From: Chromera velia
Taxonomy: Eukaryota
Length of the DNA stretch: 64,000 bases
Assembly: GCA_018398765.1 (NCBI GenBank)
Contig: JAHBMJ010000090.1
Coordinates: 62,001-126,000, forward strand
Reading direction: 5' to 3'
In this document: piece after piece, positions 28,572-38,779 of the stretch
How the letters are laid out: each line of letters opens with the position of its first letter
Position numbering within the stretch: the first letter of the stretch is position 1
The notes under the pieces: model-generated
Told to the model about the DNA's origin: nothing
Database searches by the model: none
What the model saw: only the letters and a program-made list of their open reading frames with translations
Translations under genes and position numbers: made by a program

Positions 28572-30110
28572 ACATGACTTTTAGATTATACTCATCTCAT
28601 ACTTTCCCCATCAAAGACCTGATTGGTAAAAGCTTTACAAGGATAAATAAGTAAAGACACATCAGAAGAGTGGTTAATGAAATGGACTAATCGAGTCGTT
28701 TCCATGTACCACTTTATAAGACGTATATTATCAAGGAAAAATTAGGAGAGAAGAAAATCAAAGAAAAGAAAACGTACCGACCTTATGAATGTTACATATG
28801 TACATACAGAGACACGCACATACACACAGCTGCAGATGATGTTATACCATAAACCAATGAAACCTCGAATAAAACTGAACTTTAAGTTCAGTTTATTCTG
28901 GCTGTTGTATTGTTTTACTTATCGTTTTAATTCCACCTCTATATTAATTGGCAGGGGATAGCTCCTTGCCGGAGTCACGGTTGCCCTGCTGGTAACTGTT
29001 GCCTGCTATAAACCCCCAATCTTTTCCTAAGAGTAGTTTTACAGCTAGAACAACCTAATGGACATATCCCGGTCCGGACTCCTACTGAATTGCACCTGTT
29101 ATGCTACAGCGGCAGGATAATCCCTCTGTCGGCAGCCTGATCACCTGCGGACAAGGATCAGCCAATTTGAGGCTAGATTAGAGGCTGTGCAAGAAATATC
29201 CCTGCTGGATATACCCTGCTGGCTCGCTGAAACACATACTGTCAGTGAAAAAAAAAAAATGAAACCACAAAACAATAGCAAAACCGCTAAATTGAACTTT
29301 ATAAGCACAGATGACGCATAAACACAACGGCATACAACCAACCGAACTCACTAAAAAAAAAAAAGGTTTCTTTTTCTTATTTTCTATCCAATTCCCCATC
29401 GTTACAAGCTGTGTATCTTTCTTTATTAACATAAGTGGTTACCTTCGCTGATGAAATAATGTTGCTCCCAGCTTCAAACCCATCTCATAAGAAAACGAAA
29501 AGAAAGTTAAGACTAAAGCGTCCTTGAGTGGTCTTACTTGTACTTGTTCTCCATAAAGTCAATTAATAAAAGAAGAAAAAAGAAAAAGATAATACTAAAG
29601 GAGAAAGAGGAGGACTCACACAATCTTTATTAATTACTATACCAAGAAAAAAATCGGAAAAATAATTTTATCTTGAAAAACTTGGTAAGAGATTAAAAGA
29701 AAAAGATTTAAATCATACACAACAAAATTGCGTGGAAAAACTGCGGAAATGCATGCATGGATCTTGTTGATCTGCATGCCAAGTTTTGCCAACGCCGGCC
29801 AATGTATACAAGACGTTTACTAATTCTTAGTACAAAGAAGGAAGAGGAACATATTCTGTCGTTCTTTTTCATTGCTTCTACACGTAGACACATACACAAT
29901 GTCCATATAATATCCAACAGATCTACTTTAAGATAATTTGAAGTGATGCAGTCATATGCTAACTTAATTGATTGTATGAAGAAAAGATCTTATTTAAACG
30001 CCCGTGGAATGGCGTCTTGGGGAAGGGGAATATGTTCTGTCAAACTTTCATGCTATAAAATATAAAAGGGTCAGACAGACTAAAAGTAGTCAAATGGGCA
30101 AGCGGCCCTA

Positions 30111-30194
30111 GCATTCATAATATAGTGGTTAGTACGTACAATTAATAATCAAAAGGTCCCGGGCGTGGGTTCAATTCTCGTCTACCTGCTTTTT
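30111..30194 (+). pseudogene. tRNA-Val-derived sequence within the 3' LTR, followed by T5
   Basis: Homologous to 25388-25467 with extra C>T/G>A changes; immediately followed by TTTTT. Confidence 0.65.
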
Positions 30195-30801
30195 AAATCA
30201 TACATTATCATCCGAAAGACTTCCTCTTATAAAAGACTTTGTGATGAAAGACTTCTTCTTGTGAAAGACTTCATGACAAAAGACTTCCTCTTATAAAAGA
30301 CTTTGTGACGAAAGACTTCCTCTTGTAAAAGACTTTGTGACGAAAGACTTCCTTTTATGAAAGACTTTATAATAAAAGACTTCCTTTCGTGAAAGACTTC
30401 ATGATGAAAGACTTCCTCTGTGAAAGACTTTGTGATGAAAGACTTCCCCCTATGAAAGGCTTCATAATGAAAGACTTCCACCCACACGAAAGGCTTTATG
30501 TTGGCCTGTATCACCGTATGATGGCCTGTATCACTGCGTGAAAGACTTTTCGAAAGACTTGCCATGCGGAACATTTTTACAATCACGAGAAGTTTTAACA
30601 AGAATCAACAAACCAAAAAGTCACAACCAACCAATCAGAATTCCAAAATCTTCTTTTGTAAACCTTCTAACCAACTTTCAAGAAAACATCTTACCCTAAG
30701 GCATTCCACTTAGAACATATCAGAGAGGAGACTTTAACAGTCTCTTGTCCCTTCTGCTAACATAGTTATATCTTGTAGCATCCATAAATACTCCTAAATG
30801 A

Positions 30802-31461
30802 TGATTGAGGGTTAAATCCTAGATCTAGCGACGCCAGATCCCAAGCCACTAACAAGGCTTTGAGGACAACTCAGAATACACATTCATACGGGGGGGGATA
30901 AGGAAGCCTGCATGCCAATCGGATCGATTTGCCTTAAGGCACACCACATCTACGGAGGTGTATGGAGACATAAGCGCTTGGTACACGCATACACCACATT
31001 TATACATTAAATTCTGAATCAATCCGAAAAGAGAGTAAAGGCAAAGATGGATGAGAGGTGATGAGAGAAAAAAATGGAGTTAATGACAGACTCTTTCGAA
31101 GATCTACACTGGCTTACGCCGCCCGAAGGCAAAGTGGCAACTCAATCGAAGCAATCAATACCACAATTCAGTCACCAACTTAACAAGGGAAGAGGGAACC
31201 ACAAAGGTTCAAGTTTATGCTCGCAATATGATCAGCTGGTTTTTATGAGGAAGAAGTAAAGAGAGAAGAAAATTTGATAAAGACAAACACCTGGTCAATC
31301 AAGTACATACACCCAAACATATATACAAACACCAAAAGCGCATCACCGAAAGCCTAATCGACCTTGCGGCCATCTCACAAGGTACTCGCAGATCTCTTGA
31401 TGTGCTTGGAAGACCGTGCTCTCCCATGACTTGGGAGTTCCGTCTCCACCTTCGACAATCA
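30802..31461. mobile_element. Solo LTR of a second family inserted into the 3' LTR
   Basis: 660-bp segment absent from the 5' LTR. Ends TGATTG...CAATCA; flanks AATGA / GACGA differ only by two transitions (5-bp TSD). Confidence 0.7.
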
Positions 31462-32263
31462 GACGAGTCATTCGTCCTCCTGGCCCAGAGGGCTTTAAGC
31501 TAAAACATCCCATCAAAAACGCCTTCCTAAAGTATAAAAACCTCCCAGGCGGCGAAGCCCTATCCAAACATCGAGACCAACAAGATCTGTTATGGTCTAA
31601 TAAAAACCCAAGGCTAAGTATCATTTCTTCTCTGCTAATTCTCTATTATACATCTCTATATTCTCTACTTCCCCTTTGTTCTCCTTTTAACATCTTAGTC
31701 AGCTTATATAAACCTGAATATATATATATTTATACATATACATTTATCTGGCTTTCTTCCTGGTTAAGCAAACTAGGAGTAGGTCGGAACAGCACTAGTG
31801 CTAGCAATGTAAGTGAACTTATACTTTTGTGTTTCTAGTATACTTGTATAACTATGATGAGCAATCTAGTGAGCAATTGCTGTTTCGTATAATCATAAAG
31901 TATAGTTTTTAGAAGGAGATTAGGCTACAGGTACTTCACTGCGCTATACCTTCTTTCACGGTCTTTGTCTTTGTGACTGTCTGATGTAAAGACGCTTCAA
32001 TTTGATAGACTAGCTAAGAGAAAACGTCTGGTTTGGGTCAATCATAATGGTTGTGTACACTTCACGCACATGCACTAATTGATTTTTGTGGTTGCATGCG
32101 CATGCACACAGATTATTTTCACTTACGTGTGCATGCGATTGACCGCAGAAAGAGATACATGCGTGACGCCAACAGCTTTGAGTGACTCTGTATATGTCAG
32201 CATGCATGCTAGTTATGTTTTCACATAGTGTTTTCACTCGTGTACAGCCTCAGTTATGAACGG

Positions 32264-32524
32264 CTAGGCTCCCAATACCATGATAATACCTTAAAAAAAG
32301 AAAAAATAAATTTAAGTCAAATCCCGATCGAATTATTTTTTGTTTTAATTTATTTTTTTAACATTCACTACGTTTTGAGCTTTGAGCTTCAACTTTGAAG
32401 CGGCTGCTTCAAAAAAATAAAGAAGATAATTAATAAAAAAGTAAAAGTCACTTAAAAAGTGACTTTAGGTGATTAATTAACTTTTTTATTTTTTTATATA
32501 TGAGGAGCGGCCCCGGGAGCCTAG
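32264..32524. mobile_element. MITE with CTAGGCTCCC TIRs
   Basis: CTAGGCTCCC...GGGAGCCTAG; flanks ATGAACGG / ATGAAAGA (6/8 match, decayed 8-bp TSD). Confidence 0.7.
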
Positions 32525-32587
32525 ATGAAAGATTAGGTGGACATACCTGTAAAAAAACTCTCATATGGTTTTTACTCATACACAGCC

Positions 32588-32815
32588 CTAGGTGCCGGCT
32601 AGAGAAAAAAAAAAAGTAGACAATCTCGGGAGATCTTTTTTTTTTTTAATTTTTTATTTTTTGACTTTGAACAACATTTAACAACAGTTGTACAACATAC
32701 AAACAACACTTGTACAACAGTTGAACAACAGTTGTTTGACTGAAAAAGAAAAAAGAAAAAAAAAAGTAGACGATCTAGAGAGATCTTTTTTTTTTTTTCT
32801 TTAGCCGACGCCTAG
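32588..32815. mobile_element. MITE with ~27-bp TIRs and perfect 8-bp TSD
   Basis: CTAGGTGCCGGCTAGAG(A)n...(T)nCTTTAGCCGACGCCTAG; TSD ACACAGCC at 32580-32587 and 32816-32823. Confidence 0.92.
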
Positions 32816-32823
32816 ACACAGCC

Positions 32824-33955
32824 TCGGCAGAAGACAAGAAGAGAGAACCGAGGAGGATGAACGATAGTCTTACAATGGAACAAGTTACGAAAGGATAGGA
32901 AAAACAGACAAAGCTCCTAGACGATGAAGTGGAAACAGAAAAGAAAGAAGAATGCAAAAGATGCACAGCAGTAAAAGAAAAGAACATGAAGATAGCTACC
33001 GAAAAGGAAGTGAGAGAGGCAATGAAAAAAGTAAAGAATCCTAAGAAGGCTGCTGGAAAGGATGGAATGCCTCCAGGTCTGCTCAGGTTGTGTGAAAAAT
33101 CTTAAGTGATGGTGAATGTATATGCTGATTTGATCAATGCATCTTTTCGTTATGTGTCGTGGCCAGAGGGATGGAATGATTTACCGGTGACGGCATTGGC
33201 GAAGCCTGGCAAGTCATAGGCAGTGATGGGGGGATGGAAAAACATGCACCTTGCATGTGCAGACGTAAAATGGGGGGACACGATTCTCGGCAATAATGTA
33301 GAGAGAGAAGCAAGGCAGAACCTATGGCAGTTTGCATATAGAAAGAAAGCAGGAACATACGATGCCATCTTTCTTCTTTTGTTTATGATTGCCCACCATC
33401 TCTCTGTGATTATGGCCCTCGTTGATTTCACTCGAGCTTTTGACGAAGTCAGGCATAGCAAGCTTGAGCAGTAACTGAGACAGGCAAGGGTTTCAGAGGA
33501 GTTAATTCGATGGGCCCTGGCATCCGATTCACTCGAGAAAGTAAGAGCAAGAGTGAAAGGGACAGGAAAGTAGTATCCAGAACAGATAGGGACGAAACAA
33601 GGAGGGTCCAGTAGGCCCACTTTTTTCAAAAGATACGTACATAACCTGTCAGAGAGAGTAAGAAAGGAAGCGAGGGCTGGGAGAAGGAAAATAGGAGAAC
33701 AGGGAGAAAGACCGAAAGTACCGGTCGGAGAGGATAGGAGGTGGATAGATTATTTCTCCATATTATTTGCAGACGATACAACTTTGTTCGATGCAACAGA
33801 CAGAGAATTAAACAAACTGCTAGAGGGATTGAAGAAGTATGCAAAGCCGTCTCCTCTTTTCTGACAAATCGAGAGTACTGAGGTTTGGAAGGCAAAGGCA
33901 GACAAAAGAGATCAGAATAGGCAGCATGGTACTAAAAGAAGAGAAAACACACCTG
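32824..33955 (+). pseudogene. Non-LTR (LINE) reverse transcriptase, degenerate and truncated
   Basis: Frame +1: EVREAMKKVKNPKKAAGKDGMP, QFAYRKKAGTYDAI, VDFTRAFDEVRHSKL, GTKQGGSSRPTFF, ILFADDTTL (33760), ELNKLLEGLKKYA. In-frame stops at 33103, 33217, 33472, 33571; frameshift ~33845. Confidence 0.9.
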
Positions 33956-33959
33956 CAGG

Positions 33960-35316
33960 AGGAGCCATTGCCTGTCTTTTTAACGTCAACCGCCCAGTGC
34001 TGTACGCGTTCGAGAATCCACTCATCGGAAATCCGGTGTTGATCAAGATTGGGAGTACTTACAAAAATCCTGGTCAGCGGTTCAACCAGTATCATCTGTG
34101 CTACCCCTGGGGGATGTCTGTGATTTGCATACTCGTTTTACCATCCACAATGAGCAAAACCCGTCTAGAACACCTCGAAAAATTACTGCTCGAACTTTTG
34201 ACTGAATACCGGCTGAAGAGCCTGACTTGTTTGTTTGAGTCCCGGCAAGAGTGGCTGGTCAACGTCTCATGGGAGCATGTCCTCACAACGTTCCGGAAAT
34301 TTTGGGACACTATAGTTAAAAACGTCTACTGAACCGATTCATACCTTTTATAGTCTGACTACCACTTTTCTCCAGAGTATGTTTTAGACTCAGGATTCAC
34401 TATATCACTTGACTTAGCTGATCAGTCAGATTAGATGCGGCGGGAGCATACAGTGCCGTCTGCAGTTGCATTGACCCCTGAAGAAAAGGAAGAAAACAGA
34501 CGGATGCGTGAGCTCCAGCGTTATCGAACAACGGAACAAGTAAAACAGATGACAGTCCAGGAGCTACGCTGGGCAGCGGGGTTTGATTATGAAGCACCAG
34601 CTGGAGATATGGATCTATTGAACGAATACCTTAGAGGAAAGGGGGTACCAAATTTTAGTGGTAGCAGCCATAGAGTGCCAATGGCAGCAACTACTGAGTA
34701 GGAGGTAGAAGAAATCTTAGATTACGACGAGCAACGCAATCGGTATAAGGTGAGGTAAAAAGATTATCCACTCGGAAAAGATAATCTGGCTTGGGTGAGT
34801 GCGGCCGATTTCAAAGGCTGTAGTGACCGGTTGTTGATTGAATATCACCACAAAGTCCGGAAAGACCTCCAGCTCCTTGATCAGCACCTCGCTGTATTGA
34901 ACTTTGACCAGTGGGAACGGGAAATTGTAGACCATCCACCAACTTTAGTAAATGGAGTAAAAAAGGAAGAAGAAGGAGCTAGTGTAGAATGGATACCCAG
35001 CATAGAGTTGAAATATTATTTTAAATTTCAGCTTCCACTCAGTCTTCAAGAAGAACTAGCTGAAGCGCATCCTGCATTGAAGGCGTTGTATCAATCAGGA
35101 AGAAAACTGAGTACAAAAAGTTGTTCACCCTCGGCTGATGATCAAATGATGATAACTTAAGATCAACTTTCATCACGGACAAAGAGCCCATCAGGATGGA
35201 TCAAAGCCATTCGGTCAATGCCTCACAAGCAATCAATCTCTTTTCGTCAATCTGCTTCTTCTTCTTCTCAGCCAGGTATCTTTCAGGAGATGGAGAATTT
35301 TATGCGAGATGACTAG
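33960..35316 (+). pseudogene. T5orf172-type GIY-YIG nuclease domain fused to a chromodomain, inactivated by point stops
   Basis: Single frame +1: LYAFEN..IKIGSTYKNPGQRFNQY...P...LEKLLLELLTEYR....RQEWL (T5orf172/MUG113 pattern), linker, then *EVEEILDYDEQRNRYKVR*KDYPLGKDNLAWVSAADFKGCSDRLLIEYH (chromodomain, 34699-34848). Six internal stops, no frameshift. Confidence 0.78.
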
Positions 35317-35947
35317 TCAACATGCCAAAGTAGTAGCCCTTGTAGTAACACTCTTTGCACATCCCAATAGTCATATCATTGGGAACTAGTAGCGTCTCAC
35401 CGCACCACAGTCGTTTGGAAAAGAACTGATGAACACGCTGTTGGGTAGCTGATGAAGAGTGTACTATACGATCGAAAAACGACTTTGTACTCCAGCTTTT
35501 CCGAATAGCTGAGTAGACATCTGCGAAAGGATTCATTTTTTAAAAGGAGTTAACACTGTTTCCATGCAAATTGTCTTATATGTATGTTTATATTTATACA
35601 TGTATATACATGAATTTATATACAAAGGTATGAAAACTTCGGATGCCCAGGGCTATGCACAGCTCCGCTGTTCCCCCAAAATCCATCAAAGCCGACAACA
35701 GTGATATCAGCAAACGTGTTTCGACCCCAACTGGGTAAAAAAACCACCGTTTTCAGGCAGACGCCCACGAGACTTCCAGTAGACCCCAAAGAAATTCCCA
35801 GCAAAGCCTACGTGACACCTAACAGACCCCTACTACACCCTGGTCGCTACACCACTGTAGATGCTATCCCTCTGTAGACGTCTTTCCACACTCCTGCTAG
35901 AAAATACAGCCACTGTGGTGAAAAGCATCCAACCTGAGTGAGTTTGC

Positions 35948-38500
35948 TTATATCCACGTAGGCTTTTGCAGAAGTGTAGAAATAGAATCAGATGTGGATT
36001 TATCAGGCGGAAGTCCGAGAGCTTGTCCCATGTTTGTTTCATATCGGCACATATTCCATTGATGAAAATCCTTTTTCCATTTTTTGCATGACTTGATATC
36101 GTTAACCCCCTCCATATGATCTCTACTCTCACCCATCATTATATCATGAGAGTACATCGTCATGCAGCTAGCAGAAGCCCTTATTTGTGCCTTCAAAAAG
36201 TCACTAAACTCATTTTTGTTAAGCACAAAGTCAGGGTTTAGCATGAGCTGTCTGAACTCGGACGATGTCTTCAAATATTGTCTTACATAGCCGCTGTAGT
36301 GTATTGGGCAAGAAAAAATAAAGAAGTGCGCCTCAATCAGGTTTTTAATCCTTTTTTCCAGTTCATTGGAGAACCACTCAATAAATGATTGAAGTCTGTT
36401 GTCTTGGCGCCACCAAAACTTGCCTGATGCTTTTTCATCGGAGATATACCAAAATTCCCAGGGATCACTTGTGTTTGAGACCTCTGGGCCCCATCTTGCA
36501 GAAGGACTGTCAGCTGGAATGTATATAAAATTATGGAACCCATTGCCCCGTGGCCGAAACGGTTGGCCTTTTTGGAAGATATCTTGGATTGATACAAGTG
36601 CCAGAGCATACTGTAAGCTCTCAATCGCCATTTCTAATGCATTGTAGTCGAATGGTACTGGTTTGATTTGTACTGCAGCACTGCTACACCACGGTGCCTG
36701 CGCTACAAAGCTATCAATCACTAGTTGCTGCTCTGGTTCTTCTAAAGGAGGAAACGATAGAGGGCGTTGCTCACGGTTCTCTGGTCCACCTAGAAAGAGC
36801 AGCTTCTTCTCCAGCAGTAGAAAGTCAGTTGACCTTGCATTCTGAGGTAGGGGTGGTGCATGCTTCCAGAGGAGCTTTGCATACTTCTCGAGAGTGGATC
36901 TTCCAGAGCGAAGGAAGTCGTTCCGTGGTGGATCTGCTTGGCTGAATTGGAGGTTGCTGGGGGAAAGAACCATGTCAGTATCGGTTGGCTCTGTGTTGAG
37001 CATTTTCACTGCCGCTGTCGACGTTGATGTCGGTGGGCTTTCAATGCAGGCTATGTTGAAGTGTTTTTCCCACCACGTCTTTTCCGTCTTACTGTTATCG
37101 TTCTTCTTACTTCTGTTCCTACCATAAATTATCTTATTCGTACTGCTACTACCATCCTTACATGATCTGGTCTTATTGTTCTTTATATTATTGCTGCTGC
37201 TACTATGACTACTACTACTGCTACTCGGACCTGGAGTCTCTGTTTCAAGATAAATATTCTTTGCATTGCTAGGTTGAGCGCCCAGATGAGGCAGACACTC
37301 TTTTTCTTCTATTGTATGGCTAATGATTGAAGGAGCTTTTGTTTCAACTTTACCAGGATCTGTCATTAGCTGAGTTGTGGCTGGGTCTACAGAGGGTAGC
37401 TGCACTGTTTCATCTAGTGCTACTACTGTCAGTGCTACCACTGCTGCTGCTCCTGTAGATACCAATGCGGATGTATGCTTTGAGTCTGTTTGCAACTCTG
37501 CTGTACTTTTCTTTTCTATCTCCAGTATCTGTGATGCTTCCACATGTGCTGCTTCTACAATCTTTTCTGTTTCTACTACCGGTGTTGACTTCATATTTTG
37601 TTGTTTTTCCACCTTTGAGGGGAGCTCTACTCTGGTAGCTGATGCTGATGCTGTATTGGACAGCTCCATTTCACTTTTTTTTTCTGTTTCTGTCTGCAGT
37701 GCTCCCGTAAGTATTGTTTCTATGGTTTTGTTTTGTTTTTCCGTTTTTGTTCCCAGAACGGGTGTTGATGCTTTCTCTTCCTGCTGTTGTGTATGAGTTC
37801 CTGCTTTTGCTTGCAGTTGTAGTTCTGTTTTTGCGGCTGATGCGGATGCCGCATTTGACACACCTATCCTAGCATCTTTTTTTGTATCTCTCTGTAGTAC
37901 TTCTGTAGGTGTTCCTTCTGACGCTTCATCTCTTCTTCCCGTTTTTGTGGATGCTTCTCCTGTAGGGTCTATTGGAGCTACTACTCCGCCCACTGGACCA
38001 GGTACAACCGTTCTTTCATTTTTTGTGTTAGCTTTCTGTTCATTACTTTGAATACAGTCGACGTGGCTAATAATGGATACTGTTTTCATATCATTTAAAC
38101 TGGTAAAGGCATATAATGAGCTCTTCATCATAGAGTGCCCCATAGGCTTTTTATCATTTCTTGCAAATAATACAGTAGGGGAAGAAGTATCAAAGCTGTT
38201 ATTCGTCTGATTGACAAGCATCTCCGCTTGAGCGATGGGGTCTTCTTTTTCTACATCTTCCCACTGTGTTTGTATTGAAGATACTGTTGGCTTGCATCTT
38301 GATATCTTTTCAAGTTCTTCTTTCAAAAGAATTATTGATTTATCTTTTTTCTCGACTTGCTCTTCAAGATAAGCATAGCGCTTTCGACAAGACGGCAAGT
38401 GTTGATGAAGGTATCGTGTCGATGTACACTGTTTGTGATAATGTTGACATTTCTCTATCATCGTAGATTCATTGGGTTGAATTGCAGCTGCGGTGCTCAT
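35948..38500 (-). CDS. Intact intronless 850-aa protein: degenerate N-terminal zinc-finger-like motif, coiled coil, T/E/K/A-rich linker, aromatic-rich C-terminal domain of unknown family
   Basis: 2553-bp unbroken ORF with A-rich context before ATG. KCQHYHKQCTSTRYLHQHLPSC (C-x2-[C>Y]-x12-H-x3-C) is followed by YLEEQVEKKDKSIILLKEELEK. Confidence 0.75.
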   Translation of the reverse strand: MSTAAAIQPNESTMIEKCQHYHKQCTSTRYLHQHLPSCRKRYAYLEEQVEKKDKSIILLKEELEKISRCKPTVSSIQTQWEDVEKEDPIAQAEMLVNQTNNSFDTSSPTVLFARNDKKPMGHSMMKSSLYAFTSLNDMKTVSIISHVDCIQSNEQKANTKNERTVVPGPVGGVVAPIDPTGEASTKTGRRDEASEGTPTEVLQRDTKKDARIGVSNAASASAAKTELQLQAKAGTHTQQQEEKASTPVLGTKTEKQNKTIETILTGALQTETEKKSEMELSNTASASATRVELPSKVEKQQNMKSTPVVETEKIVEAAHVEASQILEIEKKSTAELQTDSKHTSALVSTGAAAVVALTVVALDETVQLPSVDPATTQLMTDPGKVETKAPSIISHTIEEKECLPHLGAQPSNAKNIYLETETPGPSSSSSSHSSSSNNIKNNKTRSCKDGSSSTNKIIYGRNRSKKNDNSKTEKTWWEKHFNIACIESPPTSTSTAAVKMLNTEPTDTDMVLSPSNLQFSQADPPRNDFLRSGRSTLEKYAKLLWKHAPPLPQNARSTDFLLLEKKLLFLGGPENREQRPLSFPPLEEPEQQLVIDSFVAQAPWCSSAAVQIKPVPFDYNALEMAIESLQYALALVSIQDIFQKGQPFRPRGNGFHNFIYIPADSPSARWGPEVSNTSDPWEFWYISDEKASGKFWWRQDNRLQSFIEWFSNELEKRIKNLIEAHFFIFSCPIHYSGYVRQYLKTSSEFRQLMLNPDFVLNKNEFSDFLKAQIRASASCMTMYSHDIMMGESRDHMEGVNDIKSCKKWKKDFHQWNMCRYETNMGQALGLPPDKSTSDSISTLLQKPTWI

Positions 38501-38779
38501 GGTTGTTGTTTGCTTATAATTAAGCCCCCCTACTTCTTTAAGTTGTTTTTAGACCCACCTTTTGCACTTTGCGTACTGTTTCAGTCCTGCGTATCTACTT
38601 TTTGCACCTTGCAGCTCCAACCTTCTGGTACTAAGCACTGACGGTGGTTTATGCGCAAGCACTCGACCTTGTGGACGAAACGGTACCTCACTAATGATAC
38701 AGAAGGGATGACTACGAACCAGCGGAGAGTCTCTACAGGATTTGGGTAAAGTACTGCTCAGACCGTAAAACATCAAATT

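Larger units (their letters stand above)
25309..31791 (+). mobile_element. Ty3/gypsy-type LTR retrotransposon, gag-only (non-autonomous), degenerate
   Basis: 5' LTR 25309-26356 and 3' LTR 30033-31791, both TGTTCTG...CGGAACA. 4-bp TSD GCAC. PBS-like TGGTGACTTGCCAGTG at 26359; PPT GGGGAAGGGGAA at 30019-30030. gag remnant inside; no pol motifs seen. Confidence 0.93.

Noticed and set aside
32824..34332. Canonical Penelope-like element
   Set aside because: RT motifs are LINE-type and the nuclease is T5orf172-type rather than the Penelope GIY-YIG; frames are not cleanly continuous.
33960..35316. Stop-codon reassignment or readthrough explaining in-frame stops
   Set aside because: All three stop types occur, standing in for different residues (Q, R, W), and spliced host genes have no internal stops.
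35300..35536. 78-aa minus-strand ORF with Cys motifs
   Set aside because: Short, no recognisable family, overlaps the end of the opposite-strand gene; insufficient support.
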